Under the pieces are notes generated by a model. It worked only from the letters and a program-made list of their open reading frames with translations. It was not told the origin of the DNA and did not search any database. From Cycas panzhihuaensis (Eukaryota; Plantae; Cycadophyta): a stretch of 64,000 nt of DNA. The translations under genes and the position numbers were made by a program. The DNA lies in assembly GCA_023213395.1 (NCBI GenBank), contig CM041465.1, positions 60,333,741 through 60,397,740 of the forward strand, read 5' to 3'. This document shows positions 54,334 through 64,000 of the stretch, piece after piece. How positions within the stretch are numbered: the first letter of the stretch is position 1; each line of letters begins with the position of its first letter.

Positions 54334-56325
54334 TTTAACAAAAAATTTTAGTACATAAAATGTATGTTTTTACTAAATCAAGGAGTCAATAAATGAATGA
54401 ATATATATGATTTCAAATAAACTTTTTAAAGGAGATATAATGGCCTTTGAAAATGAATGAACTAAATGCAACCTTTATAGGTGCAATAAGGAAATAAACT
54501 TTTCAATAATAATAAACGCTTTCAATATATGTATGTCTTTGGAAAGTATATGAACTAAGCATATAATAAGGAAATAATCCTTTCAATAATGATAAAAAAG
54601 GCTTTTCAATAAGTGTGCCTTTCAAATAAACTTTGAAATAAAATGAATATAAGGGCAAATTTGAATGTAATAAATATCCTAAGCAAATCTGAAATAAACT
54701 TTGATGAAGAAAAAAATAATCCTTAACTTTTTGATTCTTCAAATGAATAAATATAAAATTCTTAATGCAATAAATCCTTAGCCTTAATGATAATATATAA
54801 TGTTGAAATTGAAATAGATATGAGTATTTTTCACTTTGAAATATAAAGAATATGAAGAAACTTTTGAACAACAAAGTATTATACTCCTTAAAAGAAAGAT
54901 TTAAAGGATAACCTTAAGTTTGGCAGCTTCAAAGCCATATGAAACGATGTCAGAATAACGTGAAACTTCACCAGTATGAAGATTAATAAAATATGAATCC
55001 AATGGAACTGACCGTTTTGAAAACGGGTTCCTACAAGTCAAGTTTTGATAAATCAAAGGTACATGTATCTTTTTGAGGCATAACAGGAGCAGAGAGCTCA
55101 AAATCTTATAAAAGCGCTAATAAAACTTTATAGAATTCTATAAAAATGATCAAATATATCTTGGAGAGCTACTTAATATATTTTCAATTGAAAATTTTGA
55201 GAAATACTATACACAAAATGTGTAATTATGGCAAGTTTGAGGGTATTAAGTACCTCAACTTTGATTGATTTGAAAATCAGTAAAAACACGTTAAAACGTA
55301 TAAAAAACTATGTCAGATCGAAGAGGATTGAGTCATTTTCCCAACGAAACTGATGGGACTGAATTTCGATATAAAATAGAAAAGTTATAATGAAAATGGT
55401 AACTAGTATTTTTATGTAAATATGTTTAAAAAATGCTGAAAACCACTAAAGTGTCACTTTCGGCGATTAAAATAATGATAAAAATAAATTCTAAAAATTA
55501 AAATAAATAGTTGGTAATGAAGTTTGTTGAACGTAGATCACTGTAGAACAGATCCAGGCAGAAAATAATCTCTCGGTAATAAAATATAATCGGTTGAAAA
55601 AATGATTTTATAAAAAAGTTAAAAAATGCTAAAAAAAGGGCTAATTAACTTTAAATCGACTGAAACGGGGTCGAATCAGCACCAAATTGGTCATATGACC
55701 AGTCAAAATCAATCTACGGAAAATTTCTGATGCAATGAAACTAGTTTCGTCAGAAACTGATGATTCAGTGAGGAGTTATGGAAAAAATTTGCCAGTAACG
55801 CTATGTAAAATGAAAAAAAAAAAGAAAAAAAAAAAAAAAAAGGTTTATAAAGATTGTTAGTCCCTTTTTGAAGTGATTAACGGTCACGTGAGATGAGATG
55901 TGACTGGGGGCTAAGAGTATGAAAGGGTTAAAATTCTTAAAACTCGGATTTAAAAAGAAATACAATTCAATTAAATTTTTTAAAAATTTTATTAAAATAA
56001 AAAATATTTGAAAATTTAAAAATTTTCAAACCATCGTCCTGTGCCGATGGTTTGGCCATCCTCCCCCTCGTGCTGTTAGCAACTGCGTGTCGTCCGCCGC
56101 GTTGCAGAGCTGGAGATTGAGGCATTGGAACGAAGCTCGAGGGAGGCAGCCAACGTAGGAAATTTCAATATGAGTAGGCGCACTTAATCAATCATGCGTT
56201 GCAGAGCTGGATCAGAGCACTAAACAAACGATGGGTGGATCTGTGATCCCCAAGATTCGGCCAGGGTCGTTGCTGTTACTGCTCTCTTTGTTCTTTGAAG
56301 AGGAAATTGGTACTTCAAATGGATT

Positions 56326-56930
56326 GCGCGCAAATGGATAGGTGCCGAATAAAGCCCCAAGGAATGGCAACAGATGCGTTTGAAGATCGTCTATGGACAG
56401 ACAGGTCGGCCGTGGAATTCTTGGATCGTTGGGCCCTCATACGCCAAGTCGACTCTTGATTCAGCAATGTTGAACTGCATTTTGCCTAAAGAGTGGAAAG
56501 GCATAAGATATGGGGGCTCTGAGGGCGTGGTGATGTTATTTGACTTAGACTGCCGATTTGATATTTTGCGTCTTGCTCACTCTTTGCAATGCAGAATTCA
56601 TGAAGCTTGTGATATGCAGGACAACACTATGGTTGCTATTCGAAAACAACTAAAAGGCCAAATGATGAACTAGGTAGTGAAGCCTTTGTGTAGTTGCCGT
56701 ATCGACAAGATGATGAGTTGTTTGTAGCTTGTATGGAGCGTTTCTTATGCATTCGATGCTACAATAGTTTTGAGTTTTTAGCTTCTCTAAAGACAATTCG
56801 CCCTCAACTTCAAAAAATGATTGAAAAACACAACAATGGAGTGCATTTACTTATGATTGATAGCATTGGTGCTTTTTATTGGCTCGATCGAGCTTTGAAG
56901 TCAATATCATTAGAAAGTAATATTAGCAGG
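56326..56930 (+). pseudogene. XRCC2: XRCC2 (RAD51 paralog) fragment captured in the LTR element, with stop codons and a frameshift
   Basis: ARKWIGAE*SPKE; CILPKEWKGIRYGGSEGVVMLFDLDCRFDILRL; DDELFVACMERFLCIRCYNSFEFLASLKT; LLMIDSIGAFYWLDR. Confidence 0.9.
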
Positions 56931-57115
56931 AGGTGTGTAGTGAATGGCTCGCAGAAACCAAAGGGATCGAGTCTGGGTCACCCTCGTGAGCTCTCTCTTG
57001 CTTAGACGCCACAATCCTTCCATTTAAGGAGTTTCCTGTGAATGCACTGACCGTTCGTGAAGAGTTACGCGACGAGATGGAGGAACGTAGGAGAAGCGTT
57101 CAAAGGCTGTATACA

Positions 57116-57545
57116 ATGGCAGTTCCAGTTGTTGCTGGAGTCTTAGCAGCACTGAGAAGAGTGGTCGCATATCATGTATCATTGAAGACTCAGTGGAAAA
57201 GGCGCCTTCATGCTATAACCATTGCTTCTGCCACTTGCTTTCTCTTCCCTTTTGCAATCTGGGAGTCAACTTTTGGAACTAATTCAGAGAATGTTGCACA
57301 TAGTGTTTCTCCTTCTTGGGCTTACTTAAGCATCATTTTATTTGGGATCACCTTGATATATTATGTAGATTCTTTTGTTGAGGAGAGATTACATTTGATT
57401 TTTTTTCTTCCCCAAAACATCTGATGGCAACGGGAGGGATTTTTCTCTTCTTGGATTTCTCATATGCTCATCGATTTTGGGGCTAGTGTAGGAGTAAAGG
57501 AATCTCCTAAGGAGTTGTTCGAAATGAATATGTCTGGATTAGGAT
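57116..57545 (+). pseudogene. MTP12: MTP12/ZnT5-like zinc transporter fragment with internal deletions
   Basis: MAVPVVAGVLAALRRVVA..VSLKTQWKRRLHAITIASATCFLFPFAIW...YYVDSFVEERLHL..PKHLMATGG|DFSLLGFLICSSILG. Confidence 0.88.
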
Positions 57546-57669
57546 CGTGATCTTTGTATGTTGATCACGATCTTTGCAGGGAGTTGCGCCTTAGGATGAA
57601 GACTGTGATTGCAATCCAAGTACTGTCAACATAAGGCTTAAATACAACAATTTATTGTTTGAAAATTTC

Positions 57670-57747
57670 AGGACAGTATTAGCAGAGTATGTTGGGGCTA
57701 TATTGGAAGTTCTATCTGCATTTTTATACAGTGAGGGAATATGGAAA
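57670..57747 (+). pseudogene. MTP12: Second, more N-terminal MTP12-like fragment placed out of order
   Basis: RTVLAEYVGAILEVLSAFLYSEGIWK resembles the MTP12 motif RTILAEYxGAVLGVLS..LYG...WK; preceded by TTTCAG. Confidence 0.65.
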
Positions 57748-58799
57748 ATTACGATTTCAAGATTTGTTGTAAGTGAAATAAATGGTGTGAGTTTAGCTAA
57801 CTGTTATCTGTAGTATTTTGTGTGCAGGGTATTTTCCAGTAGTATGTAACATAGAGGAGGAGCTGGAGCTATAGATTTCAGAAATGGGTTCAAAGAAAAG
57901 ATGTAAGATACGTACGTGGGTGAAATCCAGAGATACGTTTGGGAGCTTATTGGAATATTTTGGAGGATTGTCAATTCAACAATTTGTCAATATTGTATAT
58001 TTTGAACATATAGTCATTGGCTTCTGTTGCTAGGTTATTTAAGGGTAATCCTTTGTCAATTGATGAAAATAGTCTCAGAGAGACAAAACATATATTCAAT
58101 GATATCAAAAGTGTTCAAATAGCCAGTGGCTCTCAATCTACATTTAATAGAGAAGGCTTTGGTCACTAATGTGAAAATACGTTTAAGATTAGAAACAATA
58201 TATGTGTTCAATATTGATAGTAAATGTTGAAAAAAAACAAAGGAGATGGGGACAAAGGTAGACTTGCTTATCCTTTTTTTTTGTTTTCTGTCTACTGTTG
58301 GCAAAGCAAGTTGAAGAAGTCTTGCCTGGAATATATTCCAGATCTTGTAAATATATTGATGAAAAATAAATCAATGAATAAAGAAGTATATATATATTTG
58401 TTTCTAACAAATTTCAGCAGTTTATTTTATGAGTTTGTCCCAAAAAGAGATTTTTTTTTTTGAAAAAGAATATGTATTTGTATCTAAGATTTCAAATGTA
58501 CTGGAGTAAGTATATGAAAGAACCAAGAAACATATGTTTGAATCTGAAATATTTCAGATATGTGAGAGCAGATATATCAGAAAACTAAAAAAATATATGT
58601 TTCTTGGTTACCAAATGATGGAAATAGTGGAGAGCTCAAATGAACTAGAAAATTTCAAATACTTTGACAAAAATAAATCAAGCAAATGAAATGCATGTAT
58701 ATGTATTTGAAATATTTTCAAATATGTTGCAAATATATCAGAAATATGTGTTTAAATTTGAAAAACGGTATGAAGAACCTGCTAAACGTAGCTGTAGCT

Positions 58800-59830
58800 G
58801 ACTTGCAGAAATGAGATCTGCTGTTTATGCTTCTCTAGAAGGCTGAATATGCCTCAAAAAATTACAGATCTGTAAAAAAACTTGAAAATATAGTCAAATA
58901 TATAATAAAAAATACAGAATTGTAATGAAATATAGCTGATCTGAACTAAATGTTGTAGATCTGCGACAAATGTTCCAGAAAATGTTGAAATAATTGCTGA
59001 AATAAGCAGATCTGAAATGAAATATAGCAAATCTGAACCAAATATAACAGAAAATGGTAAAATGCTTAGTAAAATACATAGATCTGAAAAAATATGTAAC
59101 AGATCTGAAGAGCACTATAGTAGATCTGAAGCAAATGTTGCAGATCTAAACGAATATACCAAAAAAATGGTCAAATAATTGCTGAAATAAGCAGATCTGA
59201 AATGAAATATAGTAGATCTGAAGTAAAAAATGCAGATCTTGAAGAAAACTTGTATGAATATTGCATGCAGTTGAAAACCTTCACAGATCTGAGAAAATAT
59301 TAGATAAATAGATATAAATTTGCTTGAAAATAATCAAATATATAATAAAATCTGTAGATCTGAAAAAATATAACTCAAATCTGAAAAAAAAAAAACTTGA
59401 ATAAATGTAGCTTGCTGTCGATCACCTGCGTAGATCTTGAAAAATATTAGATAAATAAACAAAATATGCCTGAAAAATGATGAAATATATGATAAAATAT
59501 GTAAATATGAAGAAATATAGGTCAAATCTGAGAAAAAAACTTGAGTAAATATTGCATGCAGCTACAAGCTTGCGCATATCTGCAAAAATATAGGATAAAT
59601 AGACAGAAATCTGCTTGAAAAATACCAAATATTTGATAAGAAAATGTAGATTTGAGAAAATATATCACAAATATGAAGAAAACTTGAATAATATGTAGCT
59701 TGCTGTTGATCTCCTTCACAAACCTACACAAATCTGTGAATAAATCTAAAATATCTTTATTATTTCACAAATATATCTTAATAATAAGCAAATCTGCTGA
59801 AAAATAGAAGAAACTTGCTGAAAAAAACTT
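58800..59830. repeat. Degenerate AGATCTG-rich tandem repeats in the element leader
   Basis: Many (C/T)AGATCTGAA units; block AATAATTGCTGAAATAAGCAGATCTGAAATGAAATATAG duplicated at ~58989 and ~59173. Confidence 0.75.
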
Positions 59831-61329
59831 GCAGAAAATAAATATAACCAGTATTCTCTTTGCTGTGAATAAATCTGCCTCAAATGACAGTAAATTTTCT
59901 TGCTTTTCAATGAAACTTCAGCAGGCCAGCAATCGTCTGCTCTGATACCAAATGTAGGAAATAGAATGGAGCTAAACTAAGCTCTGATACCGAATGTTGG
60001 AAAATAGTATAGCCCCAAGGAGCTCTGATACCATATGTTGGAAATATAATGCAAGGAGAACAGGGCAGAACATATACAAAAATCACATAGATCAATATTG
60101 CATCATAGCATCATAACTTCAACATGAAAGTACTTTGTATTCAATCCATATTGTAAAGAAGAGTAATACAAATTTCCCAATAAGGGCGGTGTCTAAAGAC
60201 ACCAGGGTTGCACACCCCTCAATATTTATAATTTTGGGGGAGGAGGAAAACTCCTCAACCCCTGAAATTCAAATTACAATAAAATAATATAAACTTAGTT
60301 TAAAGTAAACTTAACTCAAATTAACATTAACTTATCTTAACTTACCTACACATGTTGAGCACCCACATGTGTAAATTGAAGTTGATGAGGTGTGCTCCCC
60401 TGGTTGGAAGGTGGGAGTGGAGTGATGACAATTAACTCCAACACATTTAAATTCATTTAGAAGAAGTAATCACTGAGAAAAGTTTTCAAATAACCTATAT
60501 TCGACTAGAGTTGGAATTTGTTGGATATGAAAGCTGTTTGAAGGATCTGAAAGCACTGTTAAAGCCCTGCATAACCCTGTGGTCTCACATTGCAGCTGCA
60601 ACCCTTCAAAACATTTTATTGTCCAATGCTTGAAGTGATTTAATGAATTTGATTGATCTCTAAGGTCATTTACCTAATTCAACATCGAAATTGAATAGTT
60701 AAATCATGATTTAAAGAGTCGTTGTTCATAGAAAACTTTGTGGAAGACTGGAGAGCTACCATCGTGCGAAAAAAAGTCATATAGACTCACCGTCGTTGAG
60801 CGTTCTACGTAAAAAAATGGAGATCGGTGGATATCACATTAATAAAATAAACATTGGAATACATTTCAATGTTTAATGTGAAGTTTTAATACTATTTTAA
60901 AGCATGCAAGTCGATAAAATAATTGCACGACTTTAAGAATATTTTTTTTGAATATTCTATTTTTAATATATGTTTTAAACCTTTGAATAAAGTGTTACAT
61001 GCAACCTTTTAAAGCGTTTTACAATAGTTACTTGGAGTTACTCCACCCAGAATCAACCCAACAACACGCGACGTCCCGTTGCATAGATTATATTGCATTT
61101 GTCAAGAAATTTACAGTGTTAAAGAGCCTTTTAATACATTAATATCTTTGATTGATGTTAAAAGGCATATTCTTTGCGGAAAATGTGTGCTATATACATC
61201 TCTTTCTTAGTAAAGTGGTATACGGAGCAGTGATTCAAGCTTCGTAAAGTGATAATCATTACGAATTAAGACTTATAATTGTGTTTGGCAATTAAGTGGA
61301 AGCGAATTTGGAGTATTTGCAGACATGGA

Positions 61330-62119
61330 TGCAAGAACTACCTTATTGCCATAAGTGATCTTTGATGACACCAATTTCAAGGAATGGAAGTCCAATATAG
61401 AACTTGTATTGATGGTCCAAGAGCTCTAGGACCTAACTTGTGAGGCTCCACCCAAGAAAAAAGAAGTGGAACCTAATGTTGAACCAAATAAACTCACATG
61501 AAGAAAGCAGTTTCATGCCACTGGTCTATTGAAGCTCTTGCTTGCCCCAGATCAGAGGGCACTTGTCCATAAGTTGAATATGCCGCACGACATTTGGAAA
61601 ACCCTATGTGACACGTTTGAAAAGAAGAAGACAAACCATTTGGTCGTCTTACTAGGTGAATTGTTCAACTCCTGCATTGAGGATGAGAGCAATATTAGCA
61701 CCTATTTGAATAAGTTGATTGATATCGAGAATAAGCTGGAGGGAATAGAAGAAAACTTTATTAGTGATAAAATCTTGTTCGCATTTGTGATGAACAAGTT
61801 GCCAGCAGCCTACAACACCTTTCAAATCGTGTATAATGTTGACGAGATGTTGCAATTTACCTCATTTCAGAAGCTAAAGGAGCTCCTTCTAACAGAGGAA
61901 GGTAAGCTTAAACATCACGGGTTTGTGGGTTCTATTAATACTAGTCATGCCCTATCCTTAAAATTTCAAAAAAATGAGGATGAAGATAGGGAGAACCGTT
62001 CACATGAAGAGGGTACTAATAAAGGGAAGAAGAAGAAATATAATGATTCATGTACCTATTGTAAAAAGATGGGCCATAAGGAAAAGGATTGTTGGGTGAG
62101 AAAAAAGAACTTAAGGTAG
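61330..62119 (+). pseudogene. Copia gag with CCHC zinc knuckle
   Basis: FDDTNFKEWKSNIELVL; HDIWKTLCDTFE; NKLPAAY; CTYCKKMGHKEKDC. Confidence 0.88.
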
Positions 62120-62430
62120 GCCAATGGGAAGGAGAAGATTGCAACTTATTGTGTGTGAGTATCAACTTGGAAGTTGCCAGATCAAAAGGATTATTCGGTG
62201 ACTAACTCAGGAGAACAACAACACATCTCTTCTAGTAAGCAAAGTTTTGATGTGTTAAACCAAAATCATGGCCAAATGGACATCATACTCAATAATGTTG
62301 GTGTGCTACTAATAAAAAATACTGAAACAATCATAATGAAAGATGGTTGTCTCGAGAAGGTGTGGTATACACCTAGAATGAATCACAATCTTCTTTCTAC
62401 TCAGGATAACTGGGTATACTCTCCCAAAGA

Positions 62431-62889
62431 TGTAGCAGGCCAAATAAAATACAACAGATAGAAGCACTAACTCCCAAAAAAGTGGATCACGGTATTTCAC
62501 AGCTATGGGTTTCATACATTTATAGTAGATATAATATGATTTCAGCAGTAAACCCTTATGAATATCATTCAGTATAGATATATGTCATACATACATTGAT
62601 AATAGCAATAAATAATAATAGATTTGATAGAAACAGAACTTGATACAAAATGTCTAGCAATGGCAACCCTCTTTGAGGTGGGCATAGTCTTCTAACAAGC
62701 ATGAGGCCTTAATGGCATGAAGCTATTTTTCCAATAAACATAATTCTCCAAGACTATTTACAAATGAGGAAGGATACTCTATTTATAGCCTTCAAAACCA
62801 ATCACTTATTTTCCTTCCAAAAAATCAACTTCACCGTAATAAATTCCCTTATAAAATTGACTTCCCTTTATTATTTTAGGAATGCTACA
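62431..62889. mobile_element. Solo LTR inserted in the copia integrase
   Basis: TGTAGCA...TGCTACA termini; perfect TSD AAAGA. Confidence 0.9.
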
Positions 62890-64000
62890 AAAGATAAGTC
62901 AAAAGTAAAATAATTTAAAGTGACAACTGAAAAGATATGTGAAAATCAAATAGAATTGCTAAGGAGTAATACTAGAAAAGCCTATGACAATCACATTTCT
63001 AAGTTCTGTTCTAATCATGGTATTGAGTCAATCCCACATGATGGAGTTGCCACATGAAAAGTTAATACCTTGATTGACATGGCATTGTGTAAGGTGCATA
63101 CACAACAAATGCCATCCAATTTCGGGATAGAAGTTGTGAGAACTGATGTTCACATTGTGAATTGGATTCCAACCTCTGCAATTCAAAATGTGATGCCACA
63201 TGAAAAATGGACTAATTGGAAGCCTTCCATTGACAAAATAAAAATCTTCGAGTGCATTACAAATGGACTAATCTCTAGCAGACAGTTGAAGAAATCTAAC
63301 CATAGTCACAAAAGCACTTTTGTGGGATACTATGGAAACATTCATACATATAGACTGTGGGATTCAGTGATGCAGAAGTTTCTTCATTGTCAGGATATAA
63401 CGATTGACGAAGCATCGACATACTAGTTTGATGAGCCTTTGCTATCAGATGTTGGTTACCCCCCCCCCCCTTCACGACATCTCCTAATCCTGCAAAGGTT
63501 GTGCTCCAAGGGGAAGATGAAGTAAAATGTAATAAAAAACACCTGTTACTCGTTGAGGAGACGACGACCTCCTCTAAGTCATTGTTGGGTGTCACTGAGG
63601 ATATGACAGAAAGGTTGACTGAAACTCGAACTACTAGTCGACTTCAAATGACGAAAGCCATCCGCTCCCACATTCTTGATTCATTATGGCAAATGAATCC
63701 TTCTTGGAAAGCAGTTATGGAGGAGGACAAAGATTTTTTAGATGAAAATATTCCTTTCTATTTGAATTGACCCTAAGATGATGATTGCACCCATTGTTCA
63801 GAAGCTAGCAAACAGTTGAAATATAGCAGCTACACTTGGTAAAGAGTTACATCAAAAAAATATTCAGTTTGCATTTCTTAACCTAGACTTGAGGAGATTA
63901 TATCAAGCGCAAACCTCTAAGGTCGTTAAAGAAGGATAAGATAAACTATTTTGCCAATTGAATTGTGCTAAAGGTACATACCCTTTGTTCGATTTGGACT

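Larger units (their letters stand above)
53148..60443 (-). mobile_element. Relatively young gag-only copia derivative (TR-GAG-like) carrying host gene fragments
   Basis: 491-bp LTRs 59953-60443 and 53148-53638 (about 18 mismatches by manual count); perfect TSD CATTT; PBS 59939-59950; PPT TAAAGGGGAGAA 53639-53650. Confidence 0.95.
52297..60830 (+). mobile_element. LTR (52297-52722) with PBS and leader of another element, host of the 53148-60443 insertion
   Basis: TGTTAG...CTCAACA then TGGTATCAAAGC; leader resumes after TSD CATTT at 60449; right end approximate. Confidence 0.7.
61216..64000 (+). mobile_element. Degenerate Ty1/copia internal region (PBS, gag, deleted pol) running off the window
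   Basis: PBS-like TGGTATACGGAGC 61216; INT remnants (LLRSN...FCSNHGIE, TFVGY...YRLWD); probable LTR ~60830-61212. Confidence 0.8.

Noticed and set aside
56027-56070. Helitron 3' terminus explaining the gene capture
   Set aside because: Hairpin present but no CTRR end at the expected distance on either strand, and no 5' TC boundary identified
56326-57747. Functional XRCC2 or MTP12 genes
   Set aside because: Partial, with stops, frameshifts and deletions, and enclosed by LTRs with a TSD
58894-59731. Hydrophobic F/I/Y-rich minus-strand ORFs
   Set aside because: Products of the AT-rich AGATCTG repeat leader
59939-60050. CRISPR-like repeat-spacer appearance
   Set aside because: The repeat is the 12-nt tRNA-Met PBS, there are only three units, the context is a eukaryotic LTR and there are no cas genes

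Overview
Eukaryotic nuclear DNA from a large-genome land plant (fern- or gymnosperm-like by inference). One host gene is visible: an ABHD17/ABAPT-family alpha/beta hydrolase on the + strand with four coding exons (5306-7886). I could not find its last exon, so 7887-64000 appears to be one intron of at least 56 kb. That intron holds a nested pile of transposons, most with readable target-site duplications (TSDs): a hAT/DUF659 transposase split by a 28-kb chromodomain Ty3 element, further Ty3 elements, Ty1/copia elements, two gag-only copia derivatives and several solo LTRs. Most notable points: (1) three unrelated copia-type elements each carry host-like transcript fragments antisense between the primer-binding site (PBS) and gag/pol, namely a spliced GBPL3-like GTPase domain, an XRCC2 + MTP12 mosaic, and an unidentified mosaic; (2) one gag-only element has a serial [LTR-end + PBS] x3 array, with two units inside both LTRs; (3) a fixed-spacing motif (TCCAAYG at 0, AGWTATG at +43) recurs in the leaders of unrelated elements; (4) a Ty3 element carries two extra capsid-like repeats after its protease. 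All protein identifications are from memory of family motifs; no searches were run.
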